From an uncultured Spirochaetaceae bacterium (lineage in GTDB: Bacteria > Myxococcota_A > UBA9160 > UBA4427): a stretch of 64,000 bases of DNA. This document shows positions 17,069 to 26,714 of this stretch, piece by piece. The position numbers were made by a program, and so were the translations under genes. The stretch covers positions 16,526 to 80,525 of the forward strand of contig CAYYSY010000172.1 in NCBI GenBank assembly GCA_964474355.1, in the 5' to 3' direction. Positions within the stretch are counted from its first letter, which is position 1; the number at the start of each line of letters is the position of its first letter. The notes beneath the pieces were generated by a model. The model searched no databases. It had not been told where the DNA came from and saw nothing but the letters and a program-made list of their open reading frames with translations.

Positions 17069-19186
17069 ATGAGCCTGGTCGGCAATCTCGAGGATCTCAG
17101 CCTCGGCGACATCCTCCAGATCATCAGTCTGTCGCAGAAGTCCGGCGTGCTCTCCGTCCAGACGGGTGGGGGTGAGGGCCGCATTGTCTTCGTGGGTGGA
17201 CTCGTGCGCGGCGCGGCCGTCGAAGGGGGCGCCCGCGATCTGAAGAGCGTGCTGGTCCAGGGCGGGTTCCTCGACGAGGCGGGCTGGACAGCCGCTGCGG
17301 CGCAGGCCGCCTCGGAGGGCACCCCCATCGGCGCCGCCATCGACGCGACGACCGACCTCACCGCCGAGCGCATCGACTCGCTGTGCCGAGAGGCCGTCGA
17401 GTCGGCGGTCGTCACCATGTTCACGTGGCAGAAGGGCGACTTCAGCTTCGACGTCCGCACCGAGCCTGCCGAGGGCGATCCCGACCTGCTGCTCCCGATG
17501 GGCATGAACGCCCAGTACCTCGCCATGGAAGCCGCGCGCATGCGCGACGAGACCAGCTCGGACGATCTGGCCGATGCGGCGCCCGCGCCGACGGCGAAGG
17601 CCGAGTCGGCGAACGAGAGCACGGCCTCGCCCGCTACGGACGTGAGCGCCTTCGATGCGATGAGCGCGGAAGAGATGTTCGGGGTGGTCCCGGGTGACGC
17701 GGACGACGCTGCGGGCGACGGAGACACCCGGCATCTCGAGGCGGCGCCCGTCCACGAAGAACTCCCGCCGGTTACCGGCGAAGACCTGATCACGGCGGCA
17801 GACGCGCTCGCGCGCGCGACGCTCGAGCGCGTCGAGGCCGCACTCGGCGACGACGATGCGCCGGACTTCGTCGGTGATCTCTCGAAGCCGGGCCCCGACG
17901 ACACCCAGGACTTCGACATCACCGAGTTCGACGAGTCGGAGGGCGCGGGGCAATCGTCCCCGACCGAGCCGATCGCCGACGCCGATCTGATCGAGTTCTC
18001 CGAGGCCGACGTCATCGAGCCCGAGCCCTTGCCGGAAGGCGCCGCCGCAGTCGACCCCTTCGCGGTGCACGACGACGTGAAGCTCGCGGGCGACGAGCTC
18101 GAGCTCGACGGCCCCGAGCTCGAGGTCGATCGACCGCCTGCTGCTCAGGGTGGCGACGAGGAGTCCGCACCGAGCCAGACCGCGGCGACCGACTGGACGA
18201 AGCTCGGCGCGCGCCCCGTCGTCGTCGTCGACGAGTCGCTGTCGGCCCTCGAATGGGTGAAGGAGCACCTGCGGGAGCGCTTCTCCCAGGTCCACATCTT
18301 CCAGCGCAGCGACCAGGGGCTCGCGCGGATCCGTCAGTACCTCGTGCGTGGCTCGGCGCCGATCCTGCTCGTGGCGCCGGACATCCGGGTCGATCATCTG
18401 TCCGGCCTGCGCAATCCGCGCGACTTCGTCGACCGGCTGAAGGCGCAATCGCGCCGGATCGACGCCGTCTGGCTCGTGTCCGAGGACGCCGACGCCGTGG
18501 ATGCGGCTCAGCGAAAGGGCGCCTCGCTGCGTCGGCCGAGCGACGATCGCATGCGCTGCGCCGTCGGCAGCGACGAGCTCGACGCCGAAGGGCTCGCCCT
18601 CGGTGACCGTCTCGGCGAGATCCTGACGGTCGCGTCGACGGCGGCAGATGGAGGCGAAGGCGCCCCTGCGCGCGGCTCGTCTGCAACGCTGGCGCGACTG
18701 CGCGACACGACGCGGCAGCTCGGCGACGCGTCGAGCGGCGGCGAGATCCTGCCGCTGGTCATTCGCTTCGCGAGCGAGATCTTCTCGCGGGTCGCGATGT
18801 TCATGGTGCGAGACGACATCGCGACGGGCCTGGGGCAGGTCGGCCTCGACCGCTGCGGCGGGCCGGACGACGACGCCTTCCGGAAGGTGCGGATCCAGGT
18901 CTCGACCACCGGCTGGATGCGGGAGGTCGTCGAGACCCGATCGTCGGTCGACGGTGCGCCCGCGGATCCGGGCGACCGCGAGCTCGCCGGCGCGCTCGGC
19001 GACCGTGTCCCCGAGGTCGCCTACTGCGCGCCCATCGAGAGCGCCGGCCAGGTCGTGGCACTGCTCTACGGCGACAATCTGCCCGATTCCAGCCCGACCG
19101 GGGACACCAGCGCCCTGGAGGTCGTGCTGCACCACGCCGGGCTGGCCCTCGACCGGGCCGCCCTCGAGCGCGCGCTGCAGGAGTAG
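17069..19186 (+). CDS. DUF4388 (PatA-N-like) domain protein with acidic linker, receiver-like segment and C-terminal GAF-like domain
   Basis: MSLVGNLEDLSLGDILQIISLSQKSGVL (DUF4388 signature). A D/E-rich linker of about 230 aa. VVVVDES...LLVAPDI receiver-like segment. C-terminal ...VAMFMVRDD...QVVALLYGDN GAF-like domain. ATG at 17069 lies inside the longer ORF-track frame. Confidence 0.75.
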   Translation: MSLVGNLEDLSLGDILQIISLSQKSGVLSVQTGGGEGRIVFVGGLVRGAAVEGGARDLKSVLVQGGFLDEAGWTAAAAQAASEGTPIGAAIDATTDLTAERIDSLCREAVESAVVTMFTWQKGDFSFDVRTEPAEGDPDLLLPMGMNAQYLAMEAARMRDETSSDDLADAAPAPTAKAESANESTASPATDVSAFDAMSAEEMFGVVPGDADDAAGDGDTRHLEAAPVHEELPPVTGEDLITAADALARATLERVEAALGDDDAPDFVGDLSKPGPDDTQDFDITEFDESEGAGQSSPTEPIADADLIEFSEADVIEPEPLPEGAAAVDPFAVHDDVKLAGDELELDGPELEVDRPPAAQGGDEESAPSQTAATDWTKLGARPVVVVDESLSALEWVKEHLRERFSQVHIFQRSDQGLARIRQYLVRGSAPILLVAPDIRVDHLSGLRNPRDFVDRLKAQSRRIDAVWLVSEDADAVDAAQRKGASLRRPSDDRMRCAVGSDELDAEGLALGDRLGEILTVASTAADGGEGAPARGSSATLARLRDTTRQLGDASSGGEILPLVIRFASEIFSRVAMFMVRDDIATGLGQVGLDRCGGPDDDAFRKVRIQVSTTGWMREVVETRSSVDGAPADPGDRELAGALGDRVPEVAYCAPIESAGQVVALLYGDNLPDSSPTGDTSALEVVLHHAGLALDRAALERALQE

Positions 19187-19362
19187 CGCCCGGCCTCGAT
19201 CCGAGGGGGCGCGCCCACATCGGGCAACACCTGATAGACGCCTCCAGAGACCCGCGAAACACCCGCGGGCGGCCGACCGAAGTGCCCCGGTTACCTCAAG
19301 AAAGACCGATCCGGGCCGATACGACAGAGGGTCCAGTACGCCAACCCGCCGGGGAGAGGGCC

Positions 19363-19749
19363 GTGCAGCGCATCCTGATCGTCGAAGATTCAGCGACCAT
19401 GCGGTCGTTGCTGGTGTCTTGCCTCGAAGAGCTAGGCGAGCCGGTGAAGATCACCGAAGCCTCGAGTGGATTCGAAGCGCTTCGCTATCTGCCGCGCGAC
19501 GAGTTCGACCTCGTGGTGACCGACATCAACATGCCGGACATCAACGGTCTCGAGCTCGTGTCGTTCGTCAAGAACAACGAGAAGTACCAGGGTATTCCGC
19601 TGGTGATCGTTTCGACCGAGGGGTCGGACCGCGATCGGGACAAGGGCCTCGAGCTCGGTGCCGACGCGTATCTGGTCAAGCCCTTCGAGCCCGAGCTCCT
19701 GCGACAGACCGTGCGTGATCTGCTCGCCGGCTCGCGCGACGCGGGGTAG
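19363..19749 (+). CDS. cheY: CheY-like single-domain response regulator
   Basis: ILIVEDSATMR...DLVVTDINMPDING...GADAYLVKPF. GTG at 19363 with a GGGGAGAGGG RBS. An in-frame GTG at 19282 is also possible. Confidence 0.9.
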   Translation: MQRILIVEDSATMRSLLVSCLEELGEPVKITEASSGFEALRYLPRDEFDLVVTDINMPDINGLELVSFVKNNEKYQGIPLVIVSTEGSDRDRDKGLELGADAYLVKPFEPELLRQTVRDLLAGSRDAG

Positions 19750-19753
19750 AACC

Positions 19754-21961
19754 GTGGCCGCGCGCAAGTCGAGGGCGAAGCCGGCCAAGGCGGTCGCCAA
19801 GAAGGCGGGGCGCGCCAAGGCGTCGGCCCGCAAGCGCACGTCGTCCGCCGGTCCGGGTGGCGACGGCAAGGCGTATCGCGAGTTCGTCTCCGAAGCAGAG
19901 GAGATCCTCGAGCGCATGCGCGAGGACCTCGCCGATCTCTACGATCAGCGCGACTCGCGAGACGAGGTCGAGCCCGATCTCGTGAACCGTATCTTCCGCA
20001 GCGCCCACTCGCTGAAGGGGCTCGCGGGCATGTTCGGGCTCGACGGCATCGGCGAGATCGCGCATCACCTCGAAGACATCCTCGATGGGCTCCGCCTCGG
20101 ACGCATTCACACCGACGCTCCGGCCATCGATCTGCTGGACGAGGCCACGGCGCTCATCGCGGTCCTGATGGGGCAGCTCGAGGGTCCGAGCTCGGGAGAG
20201 ACCCCGGAGAGCCTCGAAGCAGTGGCGGCGCTCGTCGCTCGGATCGATGGCGCGGTCGAAGAGGAGCCCGAGGGCGACGACGAGCTCGCGGGTCTCGATC
20301 TCGACCCCTCGCTGCTGCGTGCCCTCACCGAGTACGAGGAGCACCGGCTGCGCGAGAACGTGCGGCGCGGCCGGCACGTCTCGCTCGTCGGCGCGACCTT
20401 CGAGATCATCGCGTTCGAGGAGGGCCTCTCCGAGCTCTCCGCAGCGGTGCGCGAGGTCGGCGAGGTGGTGTCGACCCTGCCCTCGCCGGGCGACGCGCCC
20501 GAGAGCCAGATCCGGTTCTCGCTGCTGGTCGCCACGGACGTCAGCGCCGACCAGCTCGCCGAACGACTCGACATCTCGGATGCGAGCGTGCGCGCGGTGA
20601 AGCAGGGCGACGCGCCCGAGCCCGAAGCCGAGCCTCCGGTTGCGGCTGAGAGCGAGCCGGCCCCGGCCGAGGCCGCGCCCGCTGCGAGTGCGCCGGACGC
20701 CGCGCCCGCGCCGCCCAGCGCGGCGATCGAGGGCGATCGCGAGAATGCCGAGATCGAGTCGCTGCGTTCGATCAGCGACACGGTCCGCGTCGACATCCGC
20801 AAGCTCGACGAGCTGATGAATCTCGTCGGCGAGCTGATCGTGCAGCGCAACGCCATCGCCAACGTGGCGGGCAACCTCATGGCCGACCCGGCCACGATGC
20901 GCACCGGCGCCGAGCTCGCCAAGACCAACAAGCTGCTCGACCGCAAGCTGAAGGAGCTGCAGGCCGGCGTGCTCGACGTGCGCATGGTGCCGCTGCGGCA
21001 GATCTTCGAGAAGCTGTCGCGGGTCGTGCGCCGGCTCCGCCGCGATCACGAGAAGAATGTGACGCTCAATTTCAAGGGCGCCGACACCGAGCTCGACAAG
21101 CTGATCGTCGAGCAGCTCGTCGATCCGCTGATGCACGTGGTGCGCAATGCCTTCGACCACGCCGTCGAGTCGGCCGACGAGCGGCTCGCTACCGGCAAGC
21201 AGTCCGAGTGCGAGATCTTGATCCAGGCCTTCCAGCGTGGGAATCACGTGGTGATCGAGGTGGTCGACGACGGCCGCGGCATCGATCCCGAGCGGGTGCG
21301 CGCGAAGGCTGAAGAGCGCGGGCTCGTGGCGGCCGATCAGGTGCTCACCGCGAAGGAGACGCTCGACCTCGTCTTCGCACCGGGCCTCTCGACGCGTGAA
21401 GAGGTGAGCGAGCTCTCCGGACGCGGCGTCGGCATGGACGTCGTCCGCCAGAACCTCGCCGACCTCGGCGGCATGGTGGAGCTCGAATCGACGTTCGGTG
21501 TGGGCACGACGGTCACGATGACGCTGCCGATCACCCTGGCGATCATCCAGGCGTTGATCGTGGGGGTCGGCGAGGAGCGCTTCGCGATTCCGCTCAACAG
21601 CGTGCTCGAGACGCTGCTCGTCGAGGAGTCGGAGATCCAGGCGAGCGAGGGCCGCCGCATGCTGAACCTGCGCGGTGACGCGCTGCAGCTGCGACCCCTG
21701 GCCGACGAGTTCGAGCTGTTCAGCATTCGCGACGACGGCAAGCAATACGTCGTCGTGCTCGGCATGGGCGATCAACGCCTCGGCCTGGTCGTGGACCAGC
21801 TCCACGGCCAGCAGGACACGGTCATCAAGCCGATCAAGGGCCCGATCCGCAACATCCCGGGCATCGCCGGCGCCACCGAGCTGGGTGATCAGAGCGCGAT
21901 CCTCGTTCTCGACGTGTCGCATCTCGTCAACGAGGCGGCGAGACGGAGGGAGGTCGCGTGA
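19754..21961 (+). CDS. cheA: chemotaxis histidine kinase CheA (HPt-dimerization-HATPase-CheW-like; no P2 or receiver domain seen)
   Basis: HPt motif FRSAHSLKGLAGMFG. H-box-less dimerization region. N/G1/G2 boxes (NAFDHAVE, DDGRGID, GRGVGMDVV). C-terminal CheW-like domain. GTG start 5 nt after the cheY stop. Confidence 0.95.
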   Translation: MAARKSRAKPAKAVAKKAGRAKASARKRTSSAGPGGDGKAYREFVSEAEEILERMREDLADLYDQRDSRDEVEPDLVNRIFRSAHSLKGLAGMFGLDGIGEIAHHLEDILDGLRLGRIHTDAPAIDLLDEATALIAVLMGQLEGPSSGETPESLEAVAALVARIDGAVEEEPEGDDELAGLDLDPSLLRALTEYEEHRLRENVRRGRHVSLVGATFEIIAFEEGLSELSAAVREVGEVVSTLPSPGDAPESQIRFSLLVATDVSADQLAERLDISDASVRAVKQGDAPEPEAEPPVAAESEPAPAEAAPAASAPDAAPAPPSAAIEGDRENAEIESLRSISDTVRVDIRKLDELMNLVGELIVQRNAIANVAGNLMADPATMRTGAELAKTNKLLDRKLKELQAGVLDVRMVPLRQIFEKLSRVVRRLRRDHEKNVTLNFKGADTELDKLIVEQLVDPLMHVVRNAFDHAVESADERLATGKQSECEILIQAFQRGNHVVIEVVDDGRGIDPERVRAKAEERGLVAADQVLTAKETLDLVFAPGLSTREEVSELSGRGVGMDVVRQNLADLGGMVELESTFGVGTTVTMTLPITLAIIQALIVGVGEERFAIPLNSVLETLLVEESEIQASEGRRMLNLRGDALQLRPLADEFELFSIRDDGKQYVVVLGMGDQRLGLVVDQLHGQQDTVIKPIKGPIRNIPGIAGATELGDQSAILVLDVSHLVNEAARRREVA

Positions 21962-22470
21962 GCGAGTCGACTGACGTCGGAGGTGATTGGGAGGATCTCG
22001 CCCGGACCGCCTCGGTGAGGCACGGCGGAGAGGACGACGGCGGGGCGTTGATGCTGCGCGAGCTGCTCTCGTTCGAGCTCGCCGGGTCGCCTTACGCGAT
22101 TCCGGTGGAACGCGTCCGCGAGATCGTGCGGGTGCGCGAGCTGACGCACGTGCCGCGCGTGCCCGATTGGGTGCGTGGCATCGTCACCCTGCGCGGTGAG
22201 GTGGTGCAGGTGATCGACCTGCGGATGCGACTCGGTCTTCGCGCCGACGATACGAACCGGCGCAGTCGGATCATCGTGCTCCATGGCGACGACGATCGCG
22301 TCACCGGCGTGCTCGTGGACTCGGTGCGCGAGGTGCTGCGCGTCGAGGAAGAATCGTTTTCACCGTCGATGGACTCGGAGTTGGGCGCCGTCGCGGAGCT
22401 CTGTCTCCGCGACGAGGAGTTCGTCTCGGTCATCGACGTCGACAGGGTATTGGACCTCCGTGCCGACTGA
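21958..22470 (+). CDS. cheW: CheW coupling protein 1
   Basis: LLSFELAGSPYAIPVERVREIV...VRGIVTLRGEVVQVIDLR. GTGA overlap with cheA. Confidence 0.9.
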   Translation: MSESTDVGGDWEDLARTASVRHGGEDDGGALMLRELLSFELAGSPYAIPVERVREIVRVRELTHVPRVPDWVRGIVTLRGEVVQVIDLRMRLGLRADDTNRRSRIIVLHGDDDRVTGVLVDSVREVLRVEEESFSPSMDSELGAVAELCLRDEEFVSVIDVDRVLDLRAD

Positions 22471-22581
22471 TTCGGATACGGGGATGGCAACACTCCGCGT
22501 CGACTGACGCGGACACGGGGATGGCAACACTCCGCGTCGACTGACGCGGACACGGGGATGAAGCGAGTTCGTGCAGACTGA
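22464..22581. repeat. 3 x 37-bp tandem repeat of the cheW1-stop / cheW2-start junction
   Basis: Units 22464-22500, 22501-22537 and 22538-22574, followed by the start of a fourth (gacTGA, to 22581). Each unit has the form cgacTGA..ggacacggggATG...... Confidence 0.9.
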
Positions 22582-23068
22582 AGCCGCACAGACCTTCGTG
22601 GGCGAGAACCAGGTCAATCTCGCCTGCTTCGAGACGGAAGGGCGCCTCTATGCCCTCGACGTGTCGCAGGTGCGCGAGATCGTCCGCTCCCAGGCGGTCA
22701 CGCCGCTCCCGATGGCACCCTCGCTGATCGAGGGCGTCGTCGACCTGCGCGGCGCGGTGATCCCGGTGCTCGATCTCGCGCGCGTGCTCGGCGGCACGCC
22801 GCCCGAGGAGACGGCGCAGTCGCGGATCGTGGTACTCGACTGTGACGGCCTCGTGCTCGGTCTCTTCGTCGCTTCGGCGACGGACGTGCTCTCGGTCGAT
22901 GCATCCCGTCTCGAGGACGTCCCGGAGCTCGCCAGCCAGGCCGGGTATGACGCCGTCCGTCACGTCGTGCGCCGCCCCGGCGCAGCCCCAGTCATGGTCC
23001 TTTCGCTCGAGCACATTCTCGAGAACGTCTACAAGTCGGCGATCGCAGGCCCCGAGGAATCGCGATGA
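22571..23068 (+). CDS. cheW: CheW coupling protein 2
   Basis: LACFETEGRLYALDVSQVREIV...IEGVVDLRGAVIPVLDL. The GTG start lies inside the third repeat unit. Confidence 0.85.
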   Translation: MQTEAAQTFVGENQVNLACFETEGRLYALDVSQVREIVRSQAVTPLPMAPSLIEGVVDLRGAVIPVLDLARVLGGTPPEETAQSRIVVLDCDGLVLGLFVASATDVLSVDASRLEDVPELASQAGYDAVRHVVRRPGAAPVMVLSLEHILENVYKSAIAGPEESR

Positions 23069-25644
23069 ACCCCGAATCCCTACCGACGTCCACCGAGCTT
23101 CGCGGGAAGCTGAGACGCGTAGATCAGATGGTGGCGCTGCCTGCGCTCGTGCTCATCTGGACGTATGTCGCTTCGGCCGTGGACTTCCGGCCCGGCGAGC
23201 TCGTCCCGATGTTCGTGACTCTGGGCATCTACGCCGCCGGCACCGTGTTGATGATGGAGTGGCTGCGCGGTCGCCAGTTCGTGGCGCTGGGTCGGGTCCT
23301 CGATGCGCGTGACGAAGCGCCGCTCACACACGACGAGCTCGCCGCCGGCTTCGCCACGGCCGTCTCGCTGCCTGCTACGGCCGCGAAGACCGTCGCGCTC
23401 GTGTGGCTCGCGCCGGGGATCGTGGTGCCCCTGGTGCTGGCTGCGATCGGGCACACCTCGTGGATCGGGTTCGAGCGCTGGAGCGTGCTGCTGGTCGCCG
23501 TGGTCTGCGGTGCGATGGTCTCCGTCGGCTTCCTCTTCTTCCTCGCCAAGAGTGCCCTCGAGCCGGTGCGCGAGGCGGTCGGCCTGCGAATCGAGGACAG
23601 CGACGAGCGCGAGCGCGCCGTGAAGCCGCTTCCGATGGCGACGAAGGTGCAGTTCGTCGTGCTCGGCGCCGTGCTGACGACCCTGTTGCTGACGGTCTCG
23701 CTCGCCTGGTCCCGTTCGACCGTGGCGGTCGATGCCCAGGCGATGGAGTGGCAGCAGCGCGTGCTCTCGGCGCTCGCGACGAAGATGCGCTCGGCCACGT
23801 TCAGCGAGGCGCGGCTCGACGTGCTGCCTCTCGATGCGATCCTGCCCCACGACGTCGATCTGGTCGTCCTCGACCAGGGCGACGATGCCAGCGCCGTCAG
23901 GCTCGGCAGAGACCGCGAGCCCGCCGATCTCCGCTCCGTGTCGGATGCGCCGGAGCAGGTGGGCCAATCGTCCGCGCTCGTCACCGGTTATGTCACCAGC
24001 TGGAAGCGTCTGCCCGACGGACGCGTCCTCGTGGCGGCGATCGACCGCGCTGATCTCCAGCTCGGCTTCGGGGCCTTCGGCTCGGTGCTCGGCCTGCTCA
24101 CGCTGCTGACGAGCGGCGTCGCCGTCGCGCTCGCGTGGCTGCTCTCGCGGGACATCCGCCGGGCGGCGGAGGTGCTGCAGGCGGAGGCCGACCGGCTCGC
24201 GTCCGGCGACCTGCGCCGGGGTCGGGTCTGGGAGGCGGAGGACGAGATGGGCGGCCTCGGCCGCGCCTTCGAGCGCATGGGCGCGTCGCTCCGCAAGACC
24301 GTGGGCGGCGTGGCGCATACCGCCGACCGCGTCGAGGCTGCGGTGGCCGACATCTCCGCCGTGTCGCGCAGCGTCGCGGTCGCGAGCGCCGATCAGGTGC
24401 GTCGCATCCAGCAGGCCAGCGATCTCATGCTCGAGATCAACCAGCAGGTGCGCGGCGTCTCCGACAGCGCCCAGGCGCTGAACCTCTCCGTCGAGGAGTC
24501 GAGCAGCTCGATCCTCGAGCTCGGCGCCGCGGGCGACGAGCTGAACGACACCGCCACCGTGCTCTCGGGCAAGGTCGACGAGGTGTCGGGATCGATCGAG
24601 CAGATGGTCCGCAGCGTGAAGGAGGTCGGCTCGACCAGCGAGCAGCTCTCCGACGCGGCGGCCGAGACGTCCTCGAGCATGGAGGAGATGGCGAGCTCGA
24701 TGCGCGCAGTGGACACCACCGCCGAGGCGACCGCCAGCCTCTCGAACGACGTGGTGTCGCTCGCCGAGCGCGGCCAGCAGCGCGTCAGCCAGACGATGAG
24801 CGGCATGGAGGCGATTCGCGACGCGACGGACGCGGCCGAGAAGGTGATTCGCGGCCTGGGCGCCCGGACCAACGAGATCGGTGGCATCCTCGATGTGATC
24901 GACGACGTCGCCGACGAGACGAATCTGCTCGCGCTGAACGCCGCCATCATCTCGGCACAGGCCGGTGAGCACGGCCGCGCCTTCTCGGTGGTGGCCGACG
25001 AGATCAAGGAGCTCGCCGACCGGGTCCTCGCGTCGACCAAGGAGATCGGCTCGCTGATCCGCAATGTGCAGGAGGAGAGCGAGGCCGCGGTCGGAGCGAT
25101 CGAGGCCGGCAGCCAGAGCGTGGCCGGTGGCGTCGAGCTCTCGGCCGAGGCGGGCAGCTCCCTCGAAGAGATCACGCGTGCGTCTCGCGAGAGCGGCACG
25201 CGCATCGGAGAGATCGTCTCGGCCGTGCGCGAGCAGACGAAGGCCACGGGTCACGTGGTCTCGCTCATGGAGGCGGTGCGCGAGGGCGTCGACCACATCT
25301 CTCTCGCGCGCACAGAGCAGGACGGCGCCAACGAGGTCGTCTATCGCTCGTCGGTCACGATGCAGGAGGTCGCCCAGCAGGTGCGGCGCACCACCGAGGA
25401 GCAGTCGCGCGGCTTCGGCCGGATCCGCGAGAGCATCGAGGGGGTGCGCGAGGCGGTCGAGCAGATCAACGGGTCGCTGCGCGACCAGTCGAGCGCGTGT
25501 GCCCAGGTGGCCGAGTTCCTCGAGCAGGTGGCCGACGGCACCCGCTCGAACGAGGATGCCGCCCAGCGCATGGGTGACTCGATGCGCGTCATGATGGAGC
25601 AGGCGGAGGCGCTCCGTGCGGACCTCGAGGAGTTCCGCCTCTAG
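23065..25644 (+). CDS. mcp: methyl-accepting chemotaxis protein with multi-pass N-terminal membrane domain and HAMP
   Basis: About 6 hydrophobic helices, then HAMP (...LASGDLRRG...), then the highly conserved hairpin ETNLLALNAAIISAQAGEHGRAFSVVADEIKELA. ATGA overlap with cheW2. Confidence 0.95.
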   Translation: MNPESLPTSTELRGKLRRVDQMVALPALVLIWTYVASAVDFRPGELVPMFVTLGIYAAGTVLMMEWLRGRQFVALGRVLDARDEAPLTHDELAAGFATAVSLPATAAKTVALVWLAPGIVVPLVLAAIGHTSWIGFERWSVLLVAVVCGAMVSVGFLFFLAKSALEPVREAVGLRIEDSDERERAVKPLPMATKVQFVVLGAVLTTLLLTVSLAWSRSTVAVDAQAMEWQQRVLSALATKMRSATFSEARLDVLPLDAILPHDVDLVVLDQGDDASAVRLGRDREPADLRSVSDAPEQVGQSSALVTGYVTSWKRLPDGRVLVAAIDRADLQLGFGAFGSVLGLLTLLTSGVAVALAWLLSRDIRRAAEVLQAEADRLASGDLRRGRVWEAEDEMGGLGRAFERMGASLRKTVGGVAHTADRVEAAVADISAVSRSVAVASADQVRRIQQASDLMLEINQQVRGVSDSAQALNLSVEESSSSILELGAAGDELNDTATVLSGKVDEVSGSIEQMVRSVKEVGSTSEQLSDAAAETSSSMEEMASSMRAVDTTAEATASLSNDVVSLAERGQQRVSQTMSGMEAIRDATDAAEKVIRGLGARTNEIGGILDVIDDVADETNLLALNAAIISAQAGEHGRAFSVVADEIKELADRVLASTKEIGSLIRNVQEESEAAVGAIEAGSQSVAGGVELSAEAGSSLEEITRASRESGTRIGEIVSAVREQTKATGHVVSLMEAVREGVDHISLARTEQDGANEVVYRSSVTMQEVAQQVRRTTEEQSRGFGRIRESIEGVREAVEQINGSLRDQSSACAQVAEFLEQVADGTRSNEDAAQRMGDSMRVMMEQAEALRADLEEFRL

Positions 25645-25709
25645 CGCGAGCAGGCGGATTCGAATGCGGGGCCGGACGTCGTCCGGCCTGGATGCGGAAG
25701 GAAGTGAAG

Positions 25710-26714
25710 ATGATTGCAGCGTGCCCGAAGTGCGGAGCCAAGTACCGGGTCGACGAATCCAAGATCGGGGCCGAAGGCGCGCGTCTGCGCTGCGCCAAGT
25801 GCCAGGCCGTCTTCCGGGTGCGCGCGCCCCAGGCCGCGGCTCCCGTGGCAGCCGATCCGGTCGTGGCAGAGACCCCCGCCCCGCCGCCCGTGGCCGAGGC
25901 TCCGGCCGCGGCACCGCCCCAGGCCGAGGCCGCGGCGCCCCAGGCGGCGGCTCCTGCGACCTCGTCCGACGAGATCGAGATCGACCGTGAGCGCTGCGTG
26001 CTCATCGCCGACCCCGACGAGGCCGCCGGCAAGACCACCGCGAGCGCGGTCGCGAGCTGGGGCCTGCAGCCGCTGCTCGTGCACGATGGCGTCGAGGCGA
26101 TGATGACGATCCAGCGCGAGCTGCCCTCCGCCGTGGTGCTCGACGCGGCGCTCCCGAAGATGTTCGGCTTCCAGATCTGCGAGGTGATGAAGCGCAACGA
26201 GAGCCTGAGCGGCATCAGGGTCGTGCTCGTCGGCGCGATCCACAACGAGGAGCGCTATCGCCGGCCGCCGTCCGAGATGTATGGGGCCGACGTCTACCTC
26301 GAGCAGCCCGACCTGCCCGACGGCCTGAAGCCGCTGCTGCAGCAGTTCGGTCTGCCGGTGGACGGTGCGCCCGCGACGGCCCCCGTGTCGTCGATGCCGG
26401 AGCCCGCGGCCGCACCGGTAGCCGCGGCCGCGGCGCCTGCGGCCGCGCCGGAGCCCGCCGCCGACCCGGCGCTCGCCGAAGAGCGCGAGAAGGCCGAGCG
26501 GCTCGCGCGCATCATCGTGTCGGACATCGTCCTCTATCAGGGCGAGAAGTTCGATCAGGCCATCGCGGCTGGCAACGTGCTGGAGTCGCTCGATAGTGAA
26601 GTCGAGGAGGGGCGCAAGCTCTTCCGCCAGCGCATCGACGAACGGGTACGTGACGAGCGCGACCATCTGACGGACGAGCTCCTGCGCGTGGCCCGGGAGC
26701 GAGGCATGCAATGA
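25710..26714 (+). CDS. MJ0042-type zinc-ribbon + receiver (REC) domain protein with conserved C-terminal helical domain
   Basis: MIAACPKCGAKYRV...LRCAKCQAVFRV zinc ribbon. Pro/Ala linker. REC-like CVLIADPDE...VVLDAALPKMFG...VVLVGA. Start at 25710 with a GGAAGGAAG RBS. Confidence 0.75.
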   Translation: MIAACPKCGAKYRVDESKIGAEGARLRCAKCQAVFRVRAPQAAAPVAADPVVAETPAPPPVAEAPAAAPPQAEAAAPQAAAPATSSDEIEIDRERCVLIADPDEAAGKTTASAVASWGLQPLLVHDGVEAMMTIQRELPSAVVLDAALPKMFGFQICEVMKRNESLSGIRVVLVGAIHNEERYRRPPSEMYGADVYLEQPDLPDGLKPLLQQFGLPVDGAPATAPVSSMPEPAAAPVAAAAAPAAAPEPAADPALAEEREKAERLARIIVSDIVLYQGEKFDQAIAAGNVLESLDSEVEEGRKLFRQRIDERVRDERDHLTDELLRVARERGMQ

